From Deltaproteobacteria bacterium (GTDB lineage: Bacteria; Desulfobacterota; DSM-4660; Desulfatiglandales; B25-G16): 25,307 nucleotides of DNA. This document shows, one piece after another, positions 25,163 through 25,307 of this stretch (its first letter is position 1; the number at the start of each line of letters is the position of its first letter). The notes beneath the pieces are model-generated. The model made no database searches. It was given only the letters and a program-made list of their open reading frames with translations, and was not told the DNA's origin. Both the position numbers and the translations under genes were made by a program. Location of the stretch: NCBI GenBank assembly GCA_020355145.1, contig CP070660.1:1552113-1577419 (forward strand). The letters run 5' to 3'.

Positions 25163-25195
25163 TATTATCATACGATAATATTTTTATGCAAGCAA
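25163..25195 (-). promoter_or_regulatory. Sigma70 promoter for the phoH operon, overlapped by a 7-4-7 palindrome
   Basis: TTGCTT (25195-25190), N17, TATGAT (25172-25167). TATTATC-ATAC-GATAATA (25163-25180) straddles the -10. Confidence 0.6.
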
Positions 25196-25307
25196 AAGAA
25201 TAGCAGGATTATTCCCTTTTTGTCTTGACATAAAACGGATATGACCTTAAATCCATATTGAAATCCACTGAATCCATTAAAAGGTAACCTTTGGGAAGAA
25301 TGGCCAA

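Noticed and set aside
25255-25307. AATCCACTGAATCC resembling the start of a c-di-AMP (ydaO) riboswitch
   Set aside because: The following GGGGGA/CCC elements are absent and the window ends.

Overview
Bacterial chromosome segment, most likely from a deltaproteobacterium (Desulfobacterota-like). This is inferred from the pdxJ-acpS-tsaE-lysC-comEA and phoH-HD-ybeY gene orders and the protein styles. Every supported gene is on the minus strand. From right to left: PhoH-family ATPase, 7TM-HD (PgpH-like) phosphodiesterase, ybeY, pdxJ, acpS, tsaE, lysC, comEA-like, a CHASE2/TPR-like/Ser-Thr kinase, tsaD, rsmA, deoxynucleoside kinase, panC, DUF502, metK, ahcY, a 2-hydroxyacid dehydrogenase, an HpcH/HpaI aldolase and an SDR. 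The left ~4.3 kb is a compositionally mixed accessory stretch: an EamA transporter, a truncated HigA-like HTH coupled to half of a phosphatase, an AT-rich decayed spacer, and a secreted M16 peptidase that runs off the window and is missing from the supplied ORF track. No rRNA, tRNA, CRISPR array or transposase was recognised. The most unusual signal is non-coding. The spacers between housekeeping genes are filled by several interlocking families of short repeats: (i) a 32-40 bp palindromic element in four copies, two docked at the same offset on TAG stop codons; (ii) a 13-bp GC palindrome inserted into one copy with a 6-bp duplication; (iii) a TGCCT-N10-AGGCA motif that co-occurs with (i) in the same order; (iv) 7-nt and 9-nt periodic inverted repeats that run from stop codon to start codon. 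Together they may reflect a system of very small non-autonomous mobile or regulatory elements. That interpretation is inference and needs a genome-wide search.
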